DNA from: Pseudomonadales bacterium
GTDB lineage: Bacteria; Pseudomonadota; Gammaproteobacteria; Pseudomonadales; UBA5518
Reading direction: 5' to 3'
Length of the DNA: 37,739 nt
Assembly: GCA_018057015.1 (NCBI GenBank)
Contig: JAGPES010000002.1
Span: 1 to 37,739 of the forward strand
Shown here: piece by piece, positions 1 to 6,787 of the stretch
Numbering within the stretch: position 1 is the first letter of the stretch
Layout: every line of letters starts with the position of its first letter
Translations under genes and position numbers: made by a program
The notes under the pieces: generated by a model
Database searches by the model: none
What the model was told of the DNA's origin: nothing
What the model saw: only the letters and a program-made list of their open reading frames with translations

Positions 1-24
1 GGCGTTTGGTAGGCTTAAATGTTC

Positions 25-50
25 CCGGGCGGTGGTGCCGCCCGGAGGTT
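25..50 (+). terminator. GC-rich stem-loop upstream of tRNA-Asn (weakly terminator-like, belongs to the upstream host unit)
   Basis: CCGGGCGG (25-32) pairs perfectly with CCGCCCGG (38-45) around a 5-nt loop TGGTG, followed by aGGTTTCT. The T-tract is short. Confidence 0.3.
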
Positions 51-55
51 TCTGG

Positions 56-127
56 TCCCCGATAGCTCAATGGTAGAGCACCCGGCTGTTAACCGGGTTG
101 TTGTAGGTTCGAGTCCTACTCGGGGAG
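56..127 (+). tRNA. tRNA-Asn (anticodon GTT)
   Basis: Manual cloverleaf. Acceptor TCCCCGA/TCGGGGA (56-62/120-126). D arm GCTC-AATGGTA-GAGC. Anticodon arm CCCGG-CTGTTAA-CCGGG with GTT at 88-90. Variable loop TTGTT. T arm GTAGG-TTCGAGT-CCTAC. Discriminator G127. CCA is not encoded. Confidence 0.9.
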
Positions 128-1624
128 CTTTTTGTGCCAGTCCTCGAACCGTCGCGCGTTCGGTAACGCGTACCAGACCTCGACGGTTCGGCGGTCGTGG
201 ATGAGCACCTTCTTCACCAGCCGGTGGAGGAGGTGCTTCTTTTGTGGGACCGGGGCCTCCGCCAGGACCTCCTCGAAGTTGTCCACCAGGGCGGCGAGCA
301 TGTCCCGGTCGATCGCGGGTAGTTCCAGCCGCTCCCTCCGGACCTCCAGGTCCCGCCGTTCCGTTTCCAACGCCTCCATCCGCCCCTGGAGGTCGGCGAC
401 CTTCTGGTTGCAGAGCTCGGCCTTCAACGTGCCGGCCTCGAACGCCTCGAAGTAGCGCTCGACCGACGCCCGGACCTTGGCGGCCTCCGCCTCCACGCGG
501 GCGATCTCCTTTTCCAGGTCGGGTTTCTCAGCGCCCAATCGTCGGTTGGCCTCTTCCCAAACGCGGGCCATGAAATCCTCGTCGCGGAACATCGCCTTGA
601 TGTCCTGGACGATCGCCGACTCGAGCAACTCGGCCCGGACGTAGTCCTGCTTGCACGCGTGGTCGTTGAAGCGCTTCGAGCAGACGTAGTACGGGATGTA
701 GCGCCCGTTCTTCTGTCCGCCGCCGCCGAACATGTGCGAGTTGCACAGGCCGCACTTGATGACGCCGGTGAGCAGGCGTTCGTCGCCGTTGTGCCACTGG
801 CGGCCCTTCAGATCTTCATGCCGGTCGTCAAGGACCTCGCGCGCCTTCTCGAAGAGCACGTCGGAGACGATCGGGTCGTGCTTCCCCTCGTAGAGCACCT
901 CGCGCCAGCGAATCTTCCCGACGTAGGCCGGGTTCTTGAGCATGTAGAGGACGACGCGCCGGCCCCACTTCCGGCCATTGCGGTTCCGTAGGCCGGCGTC
1001 GTTGAGCTTCGTGCAGATCGTGGACGCACCCTCGCGGCCCAGCGCGTACATCGTGAACATCTTGCGGACGATCAGCGCCTCTTCCTCGTGGATCACGAGG
1101 TGCTTGTCGTCGTCGAGCCGGTAGCCGTACGGGACGTTGCCCCCGACGTAATTGCCGGTCTTGGCTTTCCGCTCGAGGCCGACGCGCGTCCGCTCGACGA
1201 TCGTCGCGTGCTCAAACTCGGCGAAGACACCCAGCATCTGGAGCATCATCTTGCCGGCGGCGTTGGACGTGTCGAACGGCTCGGTGATGCTCTTCAGCGT
1301 GACGCCGTTCTTCGTGAGCTCGTCCACCATCAGGGCGAGCTCGCGGACTTTGCGGGACAGGCGGTCGACGCGGAACACCAGGAGCACGTCGAAGGCCCGC
1401 GCTTCGGCGTCGAAGAGCATCTCCTCGAGGCCGGGCCGGTTCATGTGCGTGCCCGATTCGGTGTCGCGGTAGAGCTTGTGGAGCGTCCAGTCGTCGTCGT
1501 ACTGGGCCTTACAGAAGGCCTCCAGGCGGTCCTTCTGCGCGTCCAACGAGTATCTCTGGTGGTCCTCGTCGGTGCTGATCCGGGTGTAGAACGCGACCCG
1601 TGGCACGGTTCGGAGCGCTCCCAT
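116..1624 (-). CDS. Large serine recombinase (prophage integrase)
   Basis: N-terminal resolvase-type catalytic motif VAFYTRISTDEDHQRYSLDAQ. Recombinase domain, zinc ribbon (CGLCNSHMF...YYVCSKRFNDHAC) and C-terminal coiled coil. The track ORF extends to 1729, but the extra 35 codons have visibly lower GC3 and no SD. I prefer the ATG at 1624 (MGALRTVPRVAFYTRIS). The stop at 116-118 overlaps the tRNA 3' end. Confidence 0.9.
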   Translation of the reverse strand: MGALRTVPRVAFYTRISTDEDHQRYSLDAQKDRLEAFCKAQYDDDWTLHKLYRDTESGTHMNRPGLEEMLFDAEARAFDVLLVFRVDRLSRKVRELALMVDELTKNGVTLKSITEPFDTSNAAGKMMLQMLGVFAEFEHATIVERTRVGLERKAKTGNYVGGNVPYGYRLDDDKHLVIHEEEALIVRKMFTMYALGREGASTICTKLNDAGLRNRNGRKWGRRVVLYMLKNPAYVGKIRWREVLYEGKHDPIVSDVLFEKAREVLDDRHEDLKGRQWHNGDERLLTGVIKCGLCNSHMFGGGGQKNGRYIPYYVCSKRFNDHACKQDYVRAELLESAIVQDIKAMFRDEDFMARVWEEANRRLGAEKPDLEKEIARVEAEAAKVRASVERYFEAFEAGTLKAELCNQKVADLQGRMEALETERRDLEVRRERLELPAIDRDMLAALVDNFEEVLAEAPVPQKKHLLHRLVKKVLIHDRRTVEVWYALPNARRFEDWHKKLPE

Positions 1625-1782
1625 CGTATTGCCGCCGCATGTTTTACGCGCGTCGGCACGGACCACACCCTTGCTCGTCTTGCGCCCGGAATCAAGGCCA
1701 TTTGGCGCCGGTTTGGCGGCAGTTTTCATGAATGGGAAAGGCCGGTTCAGACGCGTTGTCGGGGACCGGAATCCGGCCTGTC

Positions 1783-1807
1783 GTACCTAACGATTGTTCG
1801 GTACAAT
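1783..1807 (+). promoter_or_regulatory. Imperfect 22-bp palindrome (Cheo/SOS-box-like core) overlapping a -10-like TACAAT; candidate operator/promoter of the plus-strand cassette
   Basis: GTACCTAACGATTGTTCGGTAC (1783-1804) is self-complementary at 18/22 positions. Its core cTAACgattGTTCg resembles the GAAC-N4-GTTC LexA box at 7/8 half-site positions. TACAAT lies at 1802-1807. The element sits in the divergent gap between the integrase and the 292-aa gene. Confidence 0.35.
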
Positions 1808-1880
1808 GTGGCCTGGCTCGGCGCGGAGGCACGAGTGACGTCGCTGCGGAGCGCGACGGAGCCCGCGTCACGGGCACGCG

Positions 1881-2759
1881 GTGCTGGACAACGGAAGCGT
1901 CCGGCCGGTTGCGGCCACCAGAGTGAAGCACGTGACGACGGAATCTACGAGCTTTCAGCCCGACACACGGGTGCTCGACAAGTTCATCCGCTGGATCGAA
2001 CGATTCGACCAGCACCACGCCCGCGCTTGGGCGCACCGGTACAAGGCTGATCCAGAGGCAGCCACCTGCGAGTCCATGTTCTGGGGCGTTCTCGCCGACT
2101 GCGGGGTCTCGGTCGAGCCCAATACGAATCCGACCGGTCAGAAGAAGGCCCCCGACTTCGTCTGCCGGAAGGGCGACCGTAAATTCTACGTCGAAGTCAC
2201 GTGCATACGCACCGATACCGCGACCGAGCACAGCGCACTCCCGCCCGTCTTCACCGAGGGAGCGCGGAACTACCGCCCGCTCAACGACGCGATCTTCGCG
2301 GAAGTGACCTCGAAGACGCCACAGTGCGCGAACCTCGACGCGCCATGTGTCCTCGCTGTTGGCACGTTTCATTATCACGCTTCCGTCTCCTGCATCCGGA
2401 AGACGTTCGTCGAGTGGCTGCTGACTGGGGAGACCAGCATCTCTTGGTACTTCGACCCGCGCCGCGGTGAGGCGGTCGGCAAACCGTTTCAATCGACAAA
2501 GTTGAAGTCCGCTACATTCCTGAAGCCCAGCCCGCTCGTCGGCGTCGAGCCCGCTCGGAAGCCGATCTCGGCGCTCGTGGTTGCAGGATTCGGCTGCAAA
2601 CCGCCGCACGTGTACGGAGTGCTTCATCCACGCCCGGCGCGCGAGTTTGAGGCGGAGCTTCTCGATCGAATCCCATTCTGCCGCGTGAAGTACGACATCC
2701 GCGCCGCATCAATCACGACCGAATGGACGCAGGACCCCGATCAGGAGACAGCGAAATGA
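1881..2759 (+). CDS. Hypothetical protein with a PD-(D/E)xK-like nuclease signature (non-canonical third residue)
   Basis: High GC3 in this frame, whereas the antisense 311-aa ORF is R/G/A/V-rich shadow. Motif ..EAATCESMF..KKAPDFVCRKGDRKFYVEVTCI fits E...PD...(E)x(T), a restriction-endonuclease-like layout with Thr in place of Lys. The start is uncertain: GTG at 1881, 1923 or 1932, none with a strong SD. Confidence 0.6.
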   Translation: MLDNGSVRPVAATRVKHVTTESTSFQPDTRVLDKFIRWIERFDQHHARAWAHRYKADPEAATCESMFWGVLADCGVSVEPNTNPTGQKKAPDFVCRKGDRKFYVEVTCIRTDTATEHSALPPVFTEGARNYRPLNDAIFAEVTSKTPQCANLDAPCVLAVGTFHYHASVSCIRKTFVEWLLTGETSISWYFDPRRGEAVGKPFQSTKLKSATFLKPSPLVGVEPARKPISALVVAGFGCKPPHVYGVLHPRPAREFEAELLDRIPFCRVKYDIRAASITTEWTQDPDQETAK

Positions 2760-2837
2760 GTATTTGCGATCGAACAGCGGGAGCGACTGCGCTCCACGTC
2801 GCCGGCCGGTCCTCTTACTGAGTGCGGAGGAACAGTG

Positions 2838-3470
2838 ATGCCGCCGCGAAGCATCACGAGCCTGACACCGCGTCAGCGGGAAGTGCTGGAGTGGATTGCT
2901 GGTTTCATCCGCGCGCATGGAATGCCGCCGACGGTGCGGGAAATCGGGACCGCGTTCGGCATCAAGAGCTCAAGCGTTTTCGACGTGCTGAAGGCGCTGG
3001 AAAGGAAAGGCGTGCTTCGGCGAGGTGAACTCGGCGCTCGCTCGCTGATCGTCACTGGCGCTCGCCGCCGAGAGCCTGGCCCCTATGTGGAGGTCCCCCT
3101 CGTCGGCCGCATCGCCGCCGGCCGCCCCATCGAGGCCATTCAGGATGATCACGGAAACCTGACCGTCCGGCGCGACCTGCTGCGGGGCCAACACGGTTAC
3201 GCGCTACAGGTCGTCGGCGACAGCATGATCGACGCGGGGATTCTCGACGGCGACTACATCGTGGTCTGCAAGCAGGAAACTGCGGAGGACGGCGACATCG
3301 TTGTAGCACTCATCGAAAACGAGGCGACGCTGAAGCGGTTCTACCGCGAACCGGACGCCGTGCGACTCGAGCCGGCGAACCCCACCATGCGGTCGATACG
3401 GGTAAGTGCGGGAGATTTTCGAATTCAGGGAACGGTTGTAGCCGTCCAACGGCTGCTTGGGCGTCGGTAG
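2838..3470 (+). CDS. lexA: LexA-family repressor (winged-helix DNA-binding domain + S24 autopeptidase)
   Basis: LexA-type N-terminus LTPRQREVLEWIAGFIRAHGMPPTVREIGTAFGIKSSSVFDVLKALERKGVLRR. Ala-Gly cleavage site in VGRIAAGRPIEA. Catalytic Ser in VGDSMIDAGI and Lys in ATLKRF. GGAGG at 2826-2830 lies 7 nt before the ATG at 2838. Confidence 0.9.
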   Translation: MPPRSITSLTPRQREVLEWIAGFIRAHGMPPTVREIGTAFGIKSSSVFDVLKALERKGVLRRGELGARSLIVTGARRREPGPYVEVPLVGRIAAGRPIEAIQDDHGNLTVRRDLLRGQHGYALQVVGDSMIDAGILDGDYIVVCKQETAEDGDIVVALIENEATLKRFYREPDAVRLEPANPTMRSIRVSAGDFRIQGTVVAVQRLLGRR

Positions 3471-3500
3471 TCGCACGCACGTACGGAGCGAGAGAAGTAC

Positions 3501-6254
3501 ATGAGAATCACGGCACTGGAGGCCTTCGGCATCGATCCGCGTATCCTCGGCCTGTGGCAGCAGGCGGGATTCGCAGAACTCCTTCCGATCCAGCAGCAGG
3601 CCGTGCAAAAGGCCAAGGTTCTGGACGGCGGCAACGCAGTCATCTTCTCACCGACATCGTCGGGGAAGACGTTCGTTGGCGAGATGGCCGCGGTCAGAAC
3701 TGCTCGAAAGAGCCGACGCGTGATCTACCTCGTACCGCAGAAGTCGCTGGCTGAGGAGAAGTTCCACGAATTCCGATCGCGCTACGGCTCGCTGGGCGTG
3801 CGCGTGGTCATCTCGACCCGGGACCGCAGGGAAGATGACCCGCACATCCGACGCGGCCGGTTTCACATCGCCGTGATCGTCTTCGAGAAGATGCACGCAT
3901 TGATGGTGAACTGCCCGACGATCCTGCGCAACGTGGGCCTCGTCGTAATCGACGAGCTGCAGATGCTCGGGGATGAAACGCGTGGCCCCGCGCTTGAGAT
4001 TCTCCTGACGAAGGTACTGCTCGCGGCGGACAAGCCCCAGATCATCTGCCTCTCGGCGGTACTCGGCAACGCGAAAGACCTGGCAGCTTGGCTGGATGCC
4101 ACGCTTTGTGAAGATCACCGACGTCCTGTCGAACTGCGGCGCGGGGTGCTTTACCAGGGCCTCTTCAGCTACATGGAGCACAACGAGAAAAGGGAGGGTT
4201 CTGAGCCGCTGGCCGGATCGGATGGCGAGGCGAATCGGCTCGCCATTCTCGTGGAGCAGGTTAAGTCGCTGGCGGCGCGCGGTGAGCAGAGCTTGGTCTT
4301 CTGCCGGAGTAAGAAGGAGTGCATGGACACGGCATGGCCGATCGCTGGGGCGCTCGACCTCGGCCACGCGGACAGCGCGCTCGCGGAGTTGCGGGACCTT
4401 GAGGACTCGGAAGGGAAGGACTATCTGGCGAAGCTCCTTCAACGCCGCGTGGCGTTCCACAACGCCGATCTGGATTGGCACCAGCGCGAAGTGATTGAGC
4501 GCGCGTTCCGCCGCGGCGAAATCCTCGTGGTTTGTTCCACGACGACCCTCGCGATGGGGTTGAATCTACCGGCGCGCAACGTCTTCATCGACACGGAACG
4601 CTGGGACCGTGATCGCGCTGGGCGCTGGACGACCGTTCCCATCAGCCAGGCGGAATACGAGAACATCAGCGGTCGTGCCGGCCGCCTGGGACTGGAGAAG
4701 AACTTTGGCCGCGCGATCGTCATCGCGGAAAGCGAGTTCGATCAGGACAGGCTGTTTGAGACCTACGTCCGGGGGGAACTGGGTGACCTCGAGCCCGCGC
4801 TTGCGAAGGTCCCGCTCTCGCAGCACGTGCTGAACCTGGTCGCGTCGCGCATGTGCCATTCCGAAGCGGAGATCCGCGAGATTCTGCTGGCTTCGTACAC
4901 GGGCTCAGTACATTGGCGCGGCGACGGCCGGGAGTCGGAGTTCACGGACAAGCTGCATGAGGCGATTCATCACTGCGTCGATGGCGGGTTGATCGTTCGC
5001 GGCAAGAAGGGGCTGGAGGCGACTGAGATCGGCAAGCTGGCCGCCGCCAAAGGCGTCGCCGTCGACAGCGCGATTGAGATGCACGCCTTCTTGCGGGATG
5101 GTGCTGACCGGGCGAGCGAAATCGGCACATTCGAGCTCGTCTGGCACCTGACGGGCACGGCCGATGGCCGGCGCATCCACTTCAACCTCTCGAAGAATGA
5201 ATGGCAGTCTGGCGAGTACGCGGCCATCCTGGTGAAGGAACTGGCCCCACTCGCTTCGCAGGTCCGCCGGCAGCTCCGCGCTGAGATCGGGAGCCTGGAG
5301 GTCAACTACGAGTTGACGCAGCGGGCGAAGAAGGCGCTCCTGCTGTGCGACTGGGTGCGCGGCCTGCCCACGAGGCAAATCGAGGCGCGCTTCCACTGTT
5401 TCGCAGGGAGCATCTCCGGGCTGGGGAGCGAGTTCGCGTGGCTGGCCGAAACGCTGGCGGGCATGGCCAAAGTCATCGGCTGGCCGGACGAATCCACTGC
5501 GCGGCTCGAGTCCCTCTCAGGACAGCTCGTCCACGGCGTTGAATCGGCGGGCCTGCCTCTCACTGCCATCCGCCTTCGCGGGTTTAGCCGCGGCCGAATC
5601 ATGGCGCTCGTTGCCAAGGGCTGGCACGCGCTGGAGAAGCTGATCGCCGCCCCGCTCGAGGAGTTGCGCAAGCTGGTTACGAAGCCGGTCGCTGAAGCTC
5701 TCCGCGACCAAGTCGCCCGACTGCTGGAGCGAAAAGCGGCGCAGGCGGACGAGGCATCTCAGGCGGCTGGTGTCCCGACGCCCGGCCCGGATGAGTCGGG
5801 TGAGCCGCGAGACTGGGAACCGACGTTTTCGCCCGCTGATGACCTCGGCGCACGGTACCAGAGTGATGCGATGATCCATCTGGACGGGCAGGCGAACAAG
5901 AAGCGCCACCTCATCCGGATCAACGACCAGGAGGTCTACGTCACGCAGCAGTCGTTCGAGACGGCTCTTCGGCTTGCCGTTCGAGCGAAGACGACTGATT
6001 TGGGGTGGGTCTCCGGCCCAGACATTTGCCCGGACAGCTACCACCAAATCTTCCGCCGGCTGCGAGCAGACCTCGGTTCAGCAGGCCTCGACCCCGAGCA
6101 ACTTGTCGAGGGCAACGGCTGCAAGGCCTACCGGCTCTCCGTTCCGCGGGACCACATCACGTGGGACGAACCGCGAATCCGCGCTCATGCTCCGGACTGC
6201 GCGCACGTCCTCGATGCGCTGCCCCGGCCAACTGCAGGAACAAAAGCCACGTAA
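3501..6254 (+). CDS. Hel308/Ski2-like SF2 helicase with a C-terminal OmpR/PhoB-like winged-helix extension
   Basis: Q-motif LLPIQQQAV. Walker A SPTSSGKT. DExx box VVIDELQMLGDETRGPALE. LSAVLGN, RPVEL and motif VI SGRAGR. Helix-hairpin-helix-like segment GFSRGRIMALVAKGWHALEKLIAAPLEELRKL. After a P/E/A-rich linker comes HLIRINDQEVYVTQQSFETALRLAV...YHQIFRRLRADLG...GCKAYRLSV, which matches the OmpR-type Trans_reg_C pattern. The start is only 30 nt after the lexA stop. Confidence 0.9.
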   Translation: MRITALEAFGIDPRILGLWQQAGFAELLPIQQQAVQKAKVLDGGNAVIFSPTSSGKTFVGEMAAVRTARKSRRVIYLVPQKSLAEEKFHEFRSRYGSLGVRVVISTRDRREDDPHIRRGRFHIAVIVFEKMHALMVNCPTILRNVGLVVIDELQMLGDETRGPALEILLTKVLLAADKPQIICLSAVLGNAKDLAAWLDATLCEDHRRPVELRRGVLYQGLFSYMEHNEKREGSEPLAGSDGEANRLAILVEQVKSLAARGEQSLVFCRSKKECMDTAWPIAGALDLGHADSALAELRDLEDSEGKDYLAKLLQRRVAFHNADLDWHQREVIERAFRRGEILVVCSTTTLAMGLNLPARNVFIDTERWDRDRAGRWTTVPISQAEYENISGRAGRLGLEKNFGRAIVIAESEFDQDRLFETYVRGELGDLEPALAKVPLSQHVLNLVASRMCHSEAEIREILLASYTGSVHWRGDGRESEFTDKLHEAIHHCVDGGLIVRGKKGLEATEIGKLAAAKGVAVDSAIEMHAFLRDGADRASEIGTFELVWHLTGTADGRRIHFNLSKNEWQSGEYAAILVKELAPLASQVRRQLRAEIGSLEVNYELTQRAKKALLLCDWVRGLPTRQIEARFHCFAGSISGLGSEFAWLAETLAGMAKVIGWPDESTARLESLSGQLVHGVESAGLPLTAIRLRGFSRGRIMALVAKGWHALEKLIAAPLEELRKLVTKPVAEALRDQVARLLERKAAQADEASQAAGVPTPGPDESGEPRDWEPTFSPADDLGARYQSDAMIHLDGQANKKRHLIRINDQEVYVTQQSFETALRLAVRAKTTDLGWVSGPDICPDSYHQIFRRLRADLGSAGLDPEQLVEGNGCKAYRLSVPRDHITWDEPRIRAHAPDCAHVLDALPRPTAGTKAT

Positions 6255-6271
6255 TCACAAGGCGTTACGGC

Positions 6272-6383
6272 CTGACGTCAGTCCTGACGGCGCACTGACG
6301 CCGGCCTGACTTTCGTTACCCGCCATCACCGCCAACCGCACGCCCATCGGCAGCGCAGACCCCGCGCGTCAGTCACGAGTCAG
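6272..6383. repeat. Helically phased CTGAC repeat array (4 direct + 2 inverted copies); candidate regulator-binding region
   Basis: CTGAC occurs at 6272, 6284, 6295 and 6306 (spacing 12, 11, 11 bp), mostly as CCTGACG. The first copy is part of the palindrome TGACGTCA. Two tandem GTCAGTCAC copies (the reverse orientation) start at 6368 and 6379, spacing 11. The array sits between the helicase stop and the com-like gene. Confidence 0.6.
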
Positions 6384-6477
6384 TCACTACCTCGTCATTT
6401 CGATTGCCGCGCGATCACGGCATCGTAGCTCGCAGTGACGCGCGCGGTGCGCGCCACGATTTGCTCGGAGGTGCGGT

Positions 6478-6696
6478 TTGACCTCGCAACGCGAATGGCG
6501 CTGCTCACGCTGCGGAAAGCTCCTCGGGCTGCTCGACAGCTCGCGACTCCACATCAGCTTCGCCCGTGGACACGAGTACCTCGTCGGGTTCCCGGCGACC
6601 GCCGTGTGCCGCGGATGTCGCACTCTCAACGAGTTGGGGGAGCCGCGCAGCGCTGCGCCGTGCGAGGACGATGGAGGCTCACGAACCGAGCACTGA
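6478..6696 (+). CDS. Mu Com-like zinc-finger protein
   Basis: WRCSRCGKLLGLL....VCRGCRTLNEL gives two CxxC knuckles with the Com-family RCxxCGKLL / CxxCxTLN pattern. TTG start at 6478 lies 5 nt after GGAGG (6468-6472). Confidence 0.6.
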   Translation: MTSQREWRCSRCGKLLGLLDSSRLHISFARGHEYLVGFPATAVCRGCRTLNELGEPRSAAPCEDDGGSRTEH

Positions 6697-6787
6697 GCTG
6701 TACTTGATCTCTGTAACCGAGAGGCGCGCGACGCCCTGAAACCGGCCATGACGAGGCGCCTGACGCCCGGCCGCAAGGCAGGGCGTC

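Noticed and set aside
145-177. Inverted repeat CGAAC-N8-GTTCG (145-162) and near-palindrome GGTAACGCGTACC (162-174), considered as attL arms or LexA boxes
   Set aside because: Both lie inside the integrase coding sequence. The spacing does not fit known SOS boxes. Short GC-rich palindromes are frequent in this DNA. I cannot place the crossover from one junction alone.
1692-2627. The 311-aa minus-strand ORF opposite the 292-aa gene, and the plus-strand 1088-2050 ORF opposite the integrase
   Set aside because: The plus-frame 1881-2759 has high GC3 and a natural composition containing W/F/Y/K. The minus ORF is R/G/A/V-rich. The 1088-2050 ORF overlaps the well-supported recombinase.
2838-3470. 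Reading the LexA gene as the host chromosomal SOS repressor
   Set aside because: It lies inside the prophage, between the integrase and the phage early genes, and is coupled to the helicase. I therefore treat it as a phage-borne paralogue. This cannot be proven without the rest of the genome.
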